From: Candidatus Parcubacteria bacterium
Lineage (GTDB): Bacteria; Patescibacteriota; Minisyncoccia; Phycocordibacterales; JAACPR01
NCBI GenBank assembly: GCA_009995365.1
Contig: JAACPR010000002.1
Location: forward strand, 14,428-78,427
DNA: 64,000 nt
Reading direction: 5' to 3'
The notes beneath the pieces are model-generated. The model saw only the letters and a program-made list of their open reading frames with translations, ran no database searches and was not told where the DNA came from. Both the position numbers and the translations under genes were made by a program. Within the stretch, counting starts at the first letter, position 1. Every line of letters starts with the position of its first letter. Positions 1 through 10,087 of this stretch are shown here, one piece after another.

Positions 1-1403
1 CTAGAGATCGTGTTTCATCAGCAATTAGAAATTCTGGTTTCGATTCTCCTAAACAGCAAAATTACAAAATTACAATTTCTCTTTCTCCAGCAAATCTAAA
101 GAAATCTGGTTCAATTTTTGATTTAGCGATTGCTTTGGGGTATTTAAAATCATCAGAACAAATAAAATTCAATCCAAAAGGAAAGATTTTTGTAGGAGAA
201 CTTTCACTTGATGGAAAAGTTAAGAAAATTAATGGAATTTTACAGATTTTAATTTTTGCAAAGAAAAATAATTTTAAAGAGATTTATATACCTGAAGAAA
301 ACATCAAGGAGGCGAAATTGGTTTTTGGAATTAAAATATATCCGGTAAAAAACCTTGGTCATATAGTGGGTTTTTTGACTAAAAAGATAAATATTAATCC
401 TTTGAATAACAACGGTGACGATTTTAAAAAACAAATTTTAGAAGCTATTAATCCGACAAACGAGTCACAAAATAAGATTGATTTTTCCCAGATAAAAGGA
501 AACGAGAATGCAAAAAGGGTTTTACTAATTTCTGCATGCGGAGGTCATAATGTTTGCTTATATGGACCTCCTGGAACAGGGAAAACTTTGCTTTCCAAGG
601 CTTTTCACACAATTTTACCAACTCTAGATTATGAAAAAATTATTGAATCAACATCAATTCATTCAATGCGAGAGTTAGAAAATAATTTAATAATTAACCC
701 ACCCTTTAGAAGTCCACACCACACCGCCTCATATTCAGCAATCATAGGTGGAGGCAGAGATATTAAACCTGGCGAAATAACCCTAGCACATAACGGCATA
801 CTTTTTATGGATGAATTTCCAGAATTTGATAGAAAAGTTATAAATTCCCTCAGACAACCCATGGAAGACAAGAAAATTAAAATAGCCAGATCAAATGAAA
901 AAGTTGAATACCCTTGTGATTTTCAACTATTAATAACTATGAACCCATGCCCGTGTGGCTTTAAAAATTCACCACACAAGGAATGTAAATGTTCGACTAG
1001 GGAATTAGGGAATTATCGTAAAAAATTATCAGGACCAATTGAAGATAGAATAGATATGTTTTGCCAAGTTTCAAAGGTCAGTTATAAAAAACTATTAGAG
1101 AAAAAAGTAGATGATAAAAATTCCGATCAATTAAAAAGAATCGTCAAAAAAATCAGAGAAACACAATTGACGAGACAGAACAAACTAAACAACGAATTAA
1201 ACAACCAAGATATCAAAGCAATGATTACAAAAAATGATCTGCGAGAATTTAATGAGATTTCTGAAAAATTAAACTTATCCGCCAGAGCCTACTTCAAAAT
1301 ATTAAAAGTTGCCAGAACTATTTCCGACTTAGAGAACTGTCATAAAATAAAAATACCTCATATATTAGAGGCATTACAATATAAAAATAGTATTTATTAT
1401 TAA
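1..1403 (+). CDS. comM: ComM/YifB-family Mg-chelatase-like AAA+ ATPase (5' end lies upstream of the window)
   Basis: The frame stays open from nt 3 (…RVSSAIRNSGFDSP…DLAIALGYL), which is the typical YifB N-terminal Lon-like domain. Walker A GPPGTGKT is present, followed by a C-terminal Mg-chelatase ChlI-like region. Confidence 0.8.
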   Translation, partial: RDRVSSAIRNSGFDSPKQQNYKITISLSPANLKKSGSIFDLAIALGYLKSSEQIKFNPKGKIFVGELSLDGKVKKINGILQILIFAKKNNFKEIYIPEENIKEAKLVFGIKIYPVKNLGHIVGFLTKKININPLNNNGDDFKKQILEAINPTNESQNKIDFSQIKGNENAKRVLLISACGGHNVCLYGPPGTGKTLLSKAFHTILPTLDYEKIIESTSIHSMRELENNLIINPPFRSPHHTASYSAIIGGGRDIKPGEITLAHNGILFMDEFPEFDRKVINSLRQPMEDKKIKIARSNEKVEYPCDFQLLITMNPCPCGFKNSPHKECKCSTRELGNYRKKLSGPIEDRIDMFCQVSKVSYKKLLEKKVDDKNSDQLKRIVKKIRETQLTRQNKLNNELNNQDIKAMITKNDLREFNEISEKLNLSARAYFKILKVARTISDLENCHKIKIPHILEALQYKNSIYY

Positions 1404-1405
1404 AA

Positions 1406-2419
1406 CTAATCTATATAACAGCGACTTCCAACAGAACAAGACTGAAGTGGATTGTCTGCTCCACGAACTTCGAAGTGGAGGTGGTTACCTGTTGAGCGAC
1501 CTGTTGAACCAACATACCCGATCACTTCTCCCGCTTCTACAACTTGTCCGACATAGACCGCATTACTACTTTGGTGTGAATAAAGAGTTTGTGTTCCATT
1601 TGGATGTGAAATTACTATATAGTTACCGTAACCACCATTCCAACTACCAGATTTACTTGTTATAACCTTACCTGACGCAGCCGCATAAATAGGAGTCCCA
1701 TAAGGAACACCAATATCAATACCGTTATATCCATGGAGTGCTTGGGTAATAATTCCACCCGGAATTGGATTTTGGAAATACCCGCCTGATACATTTGAAG
1801 ATGGTGCTGCAGCAAATTTTGCTGAAGAAGTTTTACCATCTGAGCTACTTTCTGACTCGAATTTATTATCAACATGAGGGACAATTATCTCTTGCCCTTT
1901 TTCAAGAATATCTTTAGAGCTTAGACCGTTGAATAGAGCAATCTCCTCAACATCAGCATCGTAAATTTCGGCAACATCTTTGATTGTTCCTCCATGTTTA
2001 ATAGTATGGGTGATACCTGTGACAGGCAAAATGACAAGCTCTTGTCCTGGTTGAATTGATCCAGAAAAATCATTGGCCCATCTAATAGTATTAACTGACA
2101 CATCAAACATATCAGCAATTTGAGAAAGTGTATCTCCTTCGCGCACCCTGTAGACAGATATCTTACCGTTTTTAGGCTTATTAATAACGATATCTTTACT
2201 CAAGATTGAATTATTAGGAACAAGCGCAGATTCATCAACAATTTCAATACTACCACCCCCAAGAGCAAATTCGGCACTTTTTGAACCATCTAAAATCGAC
2301 AAATTCTGAGAATTAGAATTTGTCGGATTATTTTGAACTACTATTTTATCTCCACTGAAAATAGAGAAGACACCAGCTGATACAAAAAGTGGCAACCAAA
2401 TAAAAGCCCCCACAATCAT
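1406..2419 (-). CDS. LysM-domain peptidase M23 (cell-wall endopeptidase), N-terminal TM anchor
   Basis: Two LysM-like segments (YRVREGDTLSQIADMFDVSVNTIRWAN; GGTIKDVAEIYDADVEEIALFN) and an M23 signature (…GSTGRSTGNHLHFEVR). Confidence 0.8.
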   Translation of the reverse strand: MIVGAFIWLPLFVSAGVFSIFSGDKIVVQNNPTNSNSQNLSILDGSKSAEFALGGGSIEIVDESALVPNNSILSKDIVINKPKNGKISVYRVREGDTLSQIADMFDVSVNTIRWANDFSGSIQPGQELVILPVTGITHTIKHGGTIKDVAEIYDADVEEIALFNGLSSKDILEKGQEIIVPHVDNKFESESSSDGKTSSAKFAAAPSSNVSGGYFQNPIPGGIITQALHGYNGIDIGVPYGTPIYAAASGKVITSKSGSWNGGYGNYIVISHPNGTQTLYSHQSSNAVYVGQVVEAGEVIGYVGSTGRSTGNHLHFEVRGADNPLQSCSVGSRCYID

Positions 2420-2750
2420 TGTTTTTTGGAAATTGTGGTTTTTTAAAGTTTTTATGATTTTGACCTTATTATTAGCTCTACCGTAATCGGAGAGTGGGTC
2501 GTTTTTTTTAGTTGATTCTATGATAAGCCTTGTTTAAAGCGGTATTTCATGAAATCTGCCTTTGATCTACGGATCGCCCTCTTGCCTGCTTTCTTTGTGC
2601 TATTAGTAGTATAAACACCCCAAAGACAAAGTCAAACAGTTATACACAGAGGCAATTTTGAGGGATTTTTGTCAAATTTTTTGTTTTTCAAAAATAAAAG
2701 CCCCGCACTTTTGCGAGACTTGTAATAAAATTATATTTAGACCAAGAAAA

Positions 2751-3248
2751 TCAGTCGAGAGTTCCTGGAGCTCCTCCACAACCTCTTTTGTGTAGCGGAG
2801 TTAGAGAAGGAATCTCATCAGCCTCCAAAACTTTTTCTTCGCCACTTTCGATTTTTTCTCTTAAATAGATTTTATCGAGATCTGGCTCAGGTAATCCACT
2901 ACAACTTGGTGGGCGTTCTTTTTCTGCATTATTCATCCAATCAGAATATCTAATTGCTGAAAGATAATCAGAAGCCGAAGGAAAATTTCCTCTAAAATCT
3001 TCCATTATGTGCCATTGACCAATATCTCTGACCGACACTTTATCACCATCTGAGTTTTCGATTACTTTACCAAAAACTTTCTCCAAGATTGTAGCAACAA
3101 ACCAGGAGTTATGGGTTAAAGCTCTATGTCTCAAATCGGCATGTGAATTTTTACTGGAATCCATTAATTCATGAATTTCAATATAATCTTCTGGTTTTCC
3201 GCCAAATCTCTTGGAACTCATTTCTGCGTGATATATAGGTGTTCCCAT
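2751..3248 (-). CDS. hypothetical protein with visibly higher GC than its neighbours
   Basis: ORF of 165 aa (MGTPIYHAEMSSKRFGG…IHELMDSSK…RHRALTHNSWF). It resembles a recurring bacterial/phage family of unknown function that I cannot name with confidence. Confidence 0.5.
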   Translation of the reverse strand: MGTPIYHAEMSSKRFGGKPEDYIEIHELMDSSKNSHADLRHRALTHNSWFVATILEKVFGKVIENSDGDKVSVRDIGQWHIMEDFRGNFPSASDYLSAIRYSDWMNNAEKERPPSCSGLPEPDLDKIYLREKIESGEEKVLEADEIPSLTPLHKRGCGGAPGTLD

Positions 3249-3374
3249 CTTGTTCTCCTCCTAGGTTTATTGTTATTTTTCTAAATAAAGTTCACTTTAT
3301 AAAAACCTTACTATAAAAATAATCTTTGTCTAATCTTTCAAGTTTTTCAAATGTGTTAGAATAAGTCCTCAAAG

Positions 3375-5321
3375 ATGAAATATTTAGACGAACTAAATCA
3401 ATATCAGCGCAACGCCGTCGAGGAAACAGAAGGGCCAGTGATTATCTTGGCTGGTGCAGGATCAGGAAAAACTAGGACGATAACATATAGAATTGCTCAC
3501 TTAATAAACAAAGGGGTAGAGCCGAACAAAATCCTTGCTGTAACCTTTACCAACAAGGCGGCTAATGAAATGCGAGAAAGGGTCAACCAACTTTTAATAG
3601 AAAATTCTAATTTTAACAAACCAACTGAAATAGAAGGGCGCCCTCTGATTAGGACTTTTCACTCATTAGGAGTCTATATCTTGAGACATTGCTACAAAGA
3701 ACTAAACCTACCAAAAAACTTTTCAATATTAGATCGCGCAGATTCCAAGAAAATCGTCCGCGACGCCATGAGACAAGAAGGATACGATCCAAAAGAGCAT
3801 GACCCTAATAAAATCTTGGGGATAATTTCTAGATCAAAAGGGGATATGCTGACCTCTGAGGAATACAAAGAAAAAGATAGCAACCCATATAGAAGCGAGA
3901 TGGTAGCAAGAGTTTGGAAAATCTACGATCAAAAAGTTCGTGAAAATAAATCACTAGATTTTGACGACTTGTTAGTGGAAACTGCGAAATTACTTCGAGA
4001 TAATGTGCCCGTCCGCGAAGCTTTTCAAAAAAAATGGCAATACATTCACATCGATGAATACCAAGACACCAACGAGGTTCAATATTTAATCACCAAAATC
4101 CTAGCGGCAAACCATCAGAATATTTGTGTTGTTGGTGATGTTGATCAAAATATTTATTCTTGGCGCGGAGCGACCATTAAAAACATTATGAATTTTGAAA
4201 CTGATTATAGTGATGTTAAGGAGATTGTTTTAGAGGAAAACTATCGATCAACTGCCAATATTTTGGATGCGGCTAACGATATTATTAAGAAAAACACCGT
4301 GAGAAAGGAAAAAAATCTTTTCACCCGCAACAAAGAGGGCGAAAAAATCACTGTCTACCAGGCACTTGATGAATATGACGAAGCAACTTTCGCGGTTAAC
4401 CGCGCACAAGAATTAATCAACAATGGCACCCCAGCAAATGAAATTGCTTTTCTATATCGCGCTAATTATCAATCTCGTGTTTTAGAAGAAGTGGCTTTGC
4501 GAAATAACCTCCACCACCAAGTCGTTGGAACTCGTTTCTTTGATAGAAAAGAAGTAAAAGATGTTATCTCTTATATAAAAGCAGCTCTGAACGAAGACGA
4601 TTTCACCAGTATGAACAGAGTTATTAATACTCCGGCTCGTGGAATAGGAAAAGTTACTGTCTTAAAAATATTCGAAGGGCGCGAAAAAGAATTGAATGGT
4701 GCAACCGCTGCAAAGGTCTCTAATTTCCGAGCACTTTTAGAGAGAATCCGTAATGAAATTCGTCGTAGCAAGCCCAGTGGTGTAATTCAATACATAATTA
4801 AGGAAGCAGGATTTGAAGCAAAATTAAAAACAGAAGGTGAAGACGGATTGGAGCGACTGCAAAACATGAAAGAGTTAGCTTCTTTGGCTAGCAAATATGA
4901 CAACCTCGACGAACCAATGGAGAAATTTTTGGAAAGCGTTGCTTTATCAACTGATCAGGACGAATTAGAAAAAGATGACGGCGGGGTAAAATTAATGACA
5001 GTTCACGCTGCCAAAGGATTAGAGTTCGACAATGTTTTCATCACAGGATTAGAACAAGGACTTTTCCCAATGCAACGAGATAGCGAAAAAACCGAAGACC
5101 AAGAAGAAGAGCGTAGACTATTTTATGTTGCGGTTACTCGCGCTCGCAAGAAACTATTTTTATTATGGGCCAACTTTCGAACCGTCTTTGGATCAAAAGA
5201 AGTCAACATATCTAGCGAATTTATCGATGATATTAACGAGGAAATTATCGAGACAGAAAATCTAGGTGGCAAAAAGGACGACTCTGATGGTGGAAAAATT
5301 GAATACTTGATTGATTTTTAA
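3375..5321 (+). CDS. pcrA: UvrD/PcrA-family ATP-dependent DNA helicase
   Basis: Walker A AGAGSGKTRTITYRIAHL, motifs TFHS, DEYQDTN, VGDVDQNIYSWRGA, YRST and a C-terminal VTRARKKL motif. Confidence 0.85.
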   Translation: MKYLDELNQYQRNAVEETEGPVIILAGAGSGKTRTITYRIAHLINKGVEPNKILAVTFTNKAANEMRERVNQLLIENSNFNKPTEIEGRPLIRTFHSLGVYILRHCYKELNLPKNFSILDRADSKKIVRDAMRQEGYDPKEHDPNKILGIISRSKGDMLTSEEYKEKDSNPYRSEMVARVWKIYDQKVRENKSLDFDDLLVETAKLLRDNVPVREAFQKKWQYIHIDEYQDTNEVQYLITKILAANHQNICVVGDVDQNIYSWRGATIKNIMNFETDYSDVKEIVLEENYRSTANILDAANDIIKKNTVRKEKNLFTRNKEGEKITVYQALDEYDEATFAVNRAQELINNGTPANEIAFLYRANYQSRVLEEVALRNNLHHQVVGTRFFDRKEVKDVISYIKAALNEDDFTSMNRVINTPARGIGKVTVLKIFEGREKELNGATAAKVSNFRALLERIRNEIRRSKPSGVIQYIIKEAGFEAKLKTEGEDGLERLQNMKELASLASKYDNLDEPMEKFLESVALSTDQDELEKDDGGVKLMTVHAAKGLEFDNVFITGLEQGLFPMQRDSEKTEDQEEERRLFYVAVTRARKKLFLLWANFRTVFGSKEVNISSEFIDDINEEIIETENLGGKKDDSDGGKIEYLIDF

Positions 5322-5827
5322 ATTGAAAAATTAGAAACTATGTCTTGAATATTATTTTCATCCCAAAAATGTAATATGTATCTAATTCCATTTTTCTCAG
5401 TTATATAATACGTTGTATCTGTTATTTCTATACCATTAAAATCTTGTTTTGTTTCGTAACATCCACCTTGGTAGCAATATAAATTATCCATAACCTTCCA
5501 ATTTAATGAATTAATCTCTTTTTCTGAATAGTTTTCTATTTCACAAAGAAGTTGTATACAACTATCCTCTATATTTTCTATAAGTAATGTGAATTTTGCT
5601 TCATCATCATTAAAAAAATCAACTCCATTAGTATTTTCTTCAAAAGAATAACTCGCTGGATAGCCAATCTTAACACCCATACCAACATAATAATCTTCAT
5701 ATATTTGTGATTCTCTATTTTCTGTTAAATTATCTTCTGTATTGTTTTTATCTAAAATAAAATAAATAAAACCTCCTAAAATTATTAATAGTAAAATTGC
5801 AATTATAATATCTTTTGTTTTTTTCAT
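5318..5827 (-). CDS. hypothetical membrane-anchored protein
   Basis: N-terminal hydrophobic helix (IIIAILLLIILGGFIYFIL) followed by a Cys-containing soluble domain. Confidence 0.4.
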   Translation of the reverse strand: MKKTKDIIIAILLLIILGGFIYFILDKNNTEDNLTENRESQIYEDYYVGMGVKIGYPASYSFEENTNGVDFFNDDEAKFTLLIENIEDSCIQLLCEIENYSEKEINSLNWKVMDNLYCYQGGCYETKQDFNGIEITDTTYYITEKNGIRYILHFWDENNIQDIVSNFSI

Positions 5828-5924
5828 GGTTTTAATAATATCACTAATTAATTAACTGAGAAACATTTGCAATAAAACAAAGCTTCTGATACCATTTACT
5901 ACGTAAATAATATACCTAATTTAA

Positions 5925-6845
5925 ATGGTTAAAATAGAGAAAAAAAAGATAGGAAACAAAGGTTTTTATTACTTATCAGAGCAAATAAAAATCGGTAAAA
6001 AATTTAAAAAAATTCAGGTTTATATAGGAAAAAATATACCTAAAGATTTAAGTGTTTTTTATAGTAGGTTAGAAAAAAAAGAAATCCATATAGTATTAAA
6101 TAATATTTCTGACATTTTTAATATTGAAAGAGGTTTAATTGATACATATAAAAAAATTGAAAAAACGAGAATTCAATTTAAATACCTGTTTTTAAATTCT
6201 TCTGAAAAAAACGAATCAATATTTTGGAGAGATTTTGCCATTAAATTTATTTTTGAATCAAATTCAATTGAAGGAAGTAGATTATCTGAAAAGGAAGTTG
6301 AAAATATAGTTAAAAAAAATTACATCAAAAAAAGTTTAGATAGAAAAGAAATCATCGAGGTTGAAAATTCCATAAAAGCTTTTAAAAAAATAAAAGAATC
6401 TAAATTTAGACTTAACCAAAATTCTATAAAAGAATTACATGAAATTATTGTTAATAATCTTGGAATCGAAACTGGCTATAAAAAAAGTAAAATTATTGTT
6501 AACAATAAAGAAACTTGCTCTCCAGAAAAAGTAAGAAGTGAGATGACGAGACTTATAAAATGGTGGCAATCGGAGAGAAAGAAGAAAGTAAACCAATTCT
6601 TGTTGGCTATAAAATTTCATCAGAAATTTGAATTGATTCACCCTTTTTCAGATGGTAATGGACGCGTTGGTAGACTTATTTTAAATTGGATGCTTTTAAA
6701 ATACGATTACAAAATTATATTGTTTAAAAATAACAATAGGAGAAAATATTTCTCGACTCTAAATTCAGCAGACGAAAATAGAAACAACAAGCTATACAGA
6801 TATTCCGTTGATGTATATAAAAACACATACAAAGAAATGACATGA
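5925..6845 (+). CDS. Fic/DOC family protein (putative AMPylator)
   Basis: Fic motif HPFSDGNGRVGRLILNW, with an upstream SxxxEG inhibitory-helix-like motif (FESNSIEGS). Confidence 0.8.
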   Translation: MVKIEKKKIGNKGFYYLSEQIKIGKKFKKIQVYIGKNIPKDLSVFYSRLEKKEIHIVLNNISDIFNIERGLIDTYKKIEKTRIQFKYLFLNSSEKNESIFWRDFAIKFIFESNSIEGSRLSEKEVENIVKKNYIKKSLDRKEIIEVENSIKAFKKIKESKFRLNQNSIKELHEIIVNNLGIETGYKKSKIIVNNKETCSPEKVRSEMTRLIKWWQSERKKKVNQFLLAIKFHQKFELIHPFSDGNGRVGRLILNWMLLKYDYKIILFKNNNRRKYFSTLNSADENRNNKLYRYSVDVYKNTYKEMT

Positions 6846-7651
6846 TAAAAAAAATATTCGCAAAAAAATCGCTAGGGCAAAATTTTTTAAAGTCCAAAAT
6901 AATCTTGAATGAAATTATTTCAGCAGGGGAAATTTCTGATGACGATTTCATAATCGAAATCGGACCGGGGAAGGGGGCTCTGACAGAAAAAATTTTAGAA
7001 ACAGGAGCGAAGGTTTTGGCTATCGAAAAAGACAGTCGACTAATTTCATTATTAGAGGAAAAATTTGAAACAGAAATTAAAAATAACCAATTGCAAATCT
7101 TAGAAGAAGATATTTTAGAATTCGACACAGGAAATGACCCGCCAGAAAATTTCAAGAATAAAAAATACAAATTAATTGCCAATATCCCTTATTACATCAC
7201 CGGACAAATCTTTGAGAAATTTTTGACGGCGGATAATCAACCAGAATTGGCAGTATTCATGATCCAAAAAGAAGTGTGCGATCGGATAGTTGCACGAGAC
7301 AACAAAGAAAGTATTCTTTCAATCTCAGTTAAAGCATACTGCGAACCTAAATACATCAGAAAAGTCCCCGCTCGATTTTTCTCTCCTACACCAAAAGTAG
7401 ACTCTGCAATCATAAAACTTCAAAACATCTCAAAGAAAACTTTTGAAGAGTCAGATGCGTCTGAAAAAGATTTTTTCGAATTAGTTAAAACCGGATTCTC
7501 ACACAAAAGAAAAGTTTTGATTTCAAACTTAAAAGAGTGGGCACAAAAAAAAGGAATTAATTTATCAGAAAAATTCGACCAGATAGGTTTAGATAAAAAA
7601 ATCCGCGCGGAAAAATTATCAGTTCAAGATTGGATTAGCTTATTAAAATAA
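6842..7651 (+). CDS. rsmA: 16S rRNA (adenine1518/1519-N6)-dimethyltransferase RsmA/KsgA
   Basis: LGQNFL motif, SAM-binding EIGPGKGALT, and NIPYYITG. Confidence 0.85.
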   Translation: MIKKIFAKKSLGQNFLKSKIILNEIISAGEISDDDFIIEIGPGKGALTEKILETGAKVLAIEKDSRLISLLEEKFETEIKNNQLQILEEDILEFDTGNDPPENFKNKKYKLIANIPYYITGQIFEKFLTADNQPELAVFMIQKEVCDRIVARDNKESILSISVKAYCEPKYIRKVPARFFSPTPKVDSAIIKLQNISKKTFEESDASEKDFFELVKTGFSHKRKVLISNLKEWAQKKGINLSEKFDQIGLDKKIRAEKLSVQDWISLLK

Positions 7652-7653
7652 AA

Positions 7654-7998
7654 CTAAGAAGTCCCAAAACCAGGAGAGCCACCACCAATTAATCCATCAT
7701 TAGGAAGACCAGTACAGTTAGTTCCGGTATAAATATAACATTGTCCACCACCAGAATAAGAGCCTAATTGATACAAACCATATGGACTACCAACCAATAA
7801 ATTAGATCCGGGTCCATAAATTAGACGCAGCATGCCTCCCGACTTGTAATCTTGAATAAATAACATAAGAGAATTACTACAATTACAATAAAAAACTCCT
7901 GATAATCTACCGCCAAAATAAGATGCATTAGAGACATTAGGAAAAGAGAATAGTGCCAATAGTGAAGTTATTATAAATGTTGCTAAAAATTTTTTCAT
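7654..7998 (-). CDS. small secreted Gly/Cys-rich protein
   Basis: Signal peptide MKKFLATFIITSLLALFSF, Gly-rich mature region with 6 Cys. Confidence 0.4.
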   Translation of the reverse strand: MKKFLATFIITSLLALFSFPNVSNASYFGGRLSGVFYCNCSNSLMLFIQDYKSGGMLRLIYGPGSNLLVGSPYGLYQLGSYSGGGQCYIYTGTNCTGLPNDGLIGGGSPGFGTS

Positions 7999-8001
7999 AA
8001 A

Positions 8002-9090
8002 TTAATTATATAAGAAATCAACAAGTTGCGCATCTGAAATTCCGTTTGAATTTTGAACTTGGATAACACCTTCGACCTTTTGTTCGACAGGATCAGTAAT
8101 TTCACCACCGATATTAATATTAGAAGGTCTATCCACAGTAAATTTTATTTCATTCCCGCTTGATCTAGCAGAATAAGTCCCGAGAGCTGTCATAACAGTA
8201 TTTTCATTTTCAAAACCTGAACCTTTGATTGTTACCGTATCCCCATATTCAATAACAGAAGGCGAAATGCTAGAAATTTTTGGTGGATTATAATTATCAA
8301 CTATTTCAACAACGAGAGGTTTAGAAATATAATTTCCATTCTTTATGTAAAGTTCATATTCTCCAGCTGGCAAATTGGGCGCCTCGAACATCATAAAATT
8401 AGATTCAATATCAACATCAGAAACAACTTTATCATTTTCAAAATTAAAGAAATAAATTTCAGAATTAGAATTGACTCCAGTTCCCACAACAGTTAAGTCG
8501 TCACCAGATTCAAAAACTTTCTGAGAGACGAAGTAAACTTCCATTGTTGAATCAGAACGAATTAAGTCTGATTGGTTAGTTGTTTTATTATCTGATTGCT
8601 TTTTTTCATCACTAATAAGTTCTTCTTTTTTATCATCAAAACTAATCTCGAGATTATCATTATAATCGGATTTTAAATCAACATCTTTTTTTGATTCTTG
8701 TTGATTATTATTAGAATAAGCAACATTATTTTGATATTTATTTTTAATAAAAGAAATCGTGCTAGGACCAAAATACCCTGTTCCTTGGATAAGCCCAACA
8801 GGAGCCAAGACTTCGGATCGATATTTATTTTGAAATTTTACCAGGGCGTTTTTAGTTAAATTTCCAAAATATGTTGTCTCATTGCCGATCGATCCTACAC
8901 CAGATACAGCAACCCTTGTGTCAGAATCTTGATTTAGAATTTTCTGAAGTTCTAAAACATCTTGCCCAACATCCCCAACTTTTAAATTTCGATAAAAATT
9001 AAAAGCCTGCGTCTGCGCTTGCACTTGAACAAATGTAGTCGCGATTAACAACAAAATCAAAGAAAAAATAATTTTATAGAAACTGTTCAT
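8002..9090 (-). CDS. secreted protein with a peptidoglycan-binding domain and IPT/TIG-like repeats
   Basis: Signal peptide; PG_binding_1-like LKVGDVGQDVLELQKILNQ…LVKFQ; C-terminal beta-rich IPT-like region. Confidence 0.5.
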   Translation of the reverse strand: MNSFYKIIFSLILLLIATTFVQVQAQTQAFNFYRNLKVGDVGQDVLELQKILNQDSDTRVAVSGVGSIGNETTYFGNLTKNALVKFQNKYRSEVLAPVGLIQGTGYFGPSTISFIKNKYQNNVAYSNNNQQESKKDVDLKSDYNDNLEISFDDKKEELISDEKKQSDNKTTNQSDLIRSDSTMEVYFVSQKVFESGDDLTVVGTGVNSNSEIYFFNFENDKVVSDVDIESNFMMFEAPNLPAGEYELYIKNGNYISKPLVVEIVDNYNPPKISSISPSVIEYGDTVTIKGSGFENENTVMTALGTYSARSSGNEIKFTVDRPSNINIGGEITDPVEQKVEGVIQVQNSNGISDAQLVDFLYN

Positions 9091-9133
9091 TACTATAAAA
9101 TTATAGCATTTTATTTGTTATAATTTAAAGCAT

Positions 9134-10087
9134 ATGAAATTACCAGTACCGAGCCCAAAAGCATCAGGTTCAATTTTACTAATAATAATCCTATCAACTT
9201 CGATAATTGTTTATTCAAATTATAATAAACAAAATACTGTGGCAACTGGAGAAATTACAACCGAAGGAATATCGGTAACATCACAAATAAACAGAGACTC
9301 TGTAAATATAGACAGCGACGGTGATGGATTATTAGACTGGGAAGAAAGCCTGTGGGGAACTGACCCAAATAATCCTGATACTGACAGTGATGGAACAAAT
9401 GATTATGATGAGATAAAAGCTAACAGAAATCCTTTGGTGGCGGGACCTAACGACGAAAATATCGATTTAGAAGACGAAGCACTAGCGAGAATTCAATCAA
9501 GAAACTTTGACGAAGACGGACTTACAAATCAAGTGGCTTTAACTTTTGCTGATACATATTTTAATTCAAGAGATGGTAGGGAATTAACAAATGAGCAAAA
9601 AAATCTTTTAGTAAACCAACTTAGCGAACAAACAATCAAACAAATAAAATTCGACAGTATTTATACTATAAATTCTATAAGTACTTTTGACCCAATTAAT
9701 AACGACGAAAAATTAATCCGATACACAGATTTATATTTAGCAAAACAAGTAGAGTTTTTAAATTTAATCGTCCAAAATTATGAAAATACAAACTACGAAG
9801 CTTTAGGTAATGAAGTAATTAAAAAATCTAATGAAATAATGTCTATAGAAACACCCCAGCAGATCGCTAATCTTCATCTTGAATTAGCAAATAATTATTA
9901 TCAACTAGGAAATATTATCAAAACTTTTGAAAAAGAAGAGGAGGATCCATTATACGCAATGCTTTCTCTTCGTTTTTACGAAAACACACAAATTAAAATA
10001 AGAGATATAAACATACTAATAGGCGATTTTCTTGAAGAAAGTGGTATAATTTTAGGAGATAATGGAATTAAAATACAAAATGATTAA
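9134..10087 (+). CDS. secreted protein with thrombospondin type-3-like Ca-binding repeats
   Basis: Signal/TM anchor, then DSDGDGLLDWEE…DPNNPDTDSDGTNDYDE. Confidence 0.5.
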   Translation: MKLPVPSPKASGSILLIIILSTSIIVYSNYNKQNTVATGEITTEGISVTSQINRDSVNIDSDGDGLLDWEESLWGTDPNNPDTDSDGTNDYDEIKANRNPLVAGPNDENIDLEDEALARIQSRNFDEDGLTNQVALTFADTYFNSRDGRELTNEQKNLLVNQLSEQTIKQIKFDSIYTINSISTFDPINNDEKLIRYTDLYLAKQVEFLNLIVQNYENTNYEALGNEVIKKSNEIMSIETPQQIANLHLELANNYYQLGNIIKTFEKEEEDPLYAMLSLRFYENTQIKIRDINILIGDFLEESGIILGDNGIKIQND

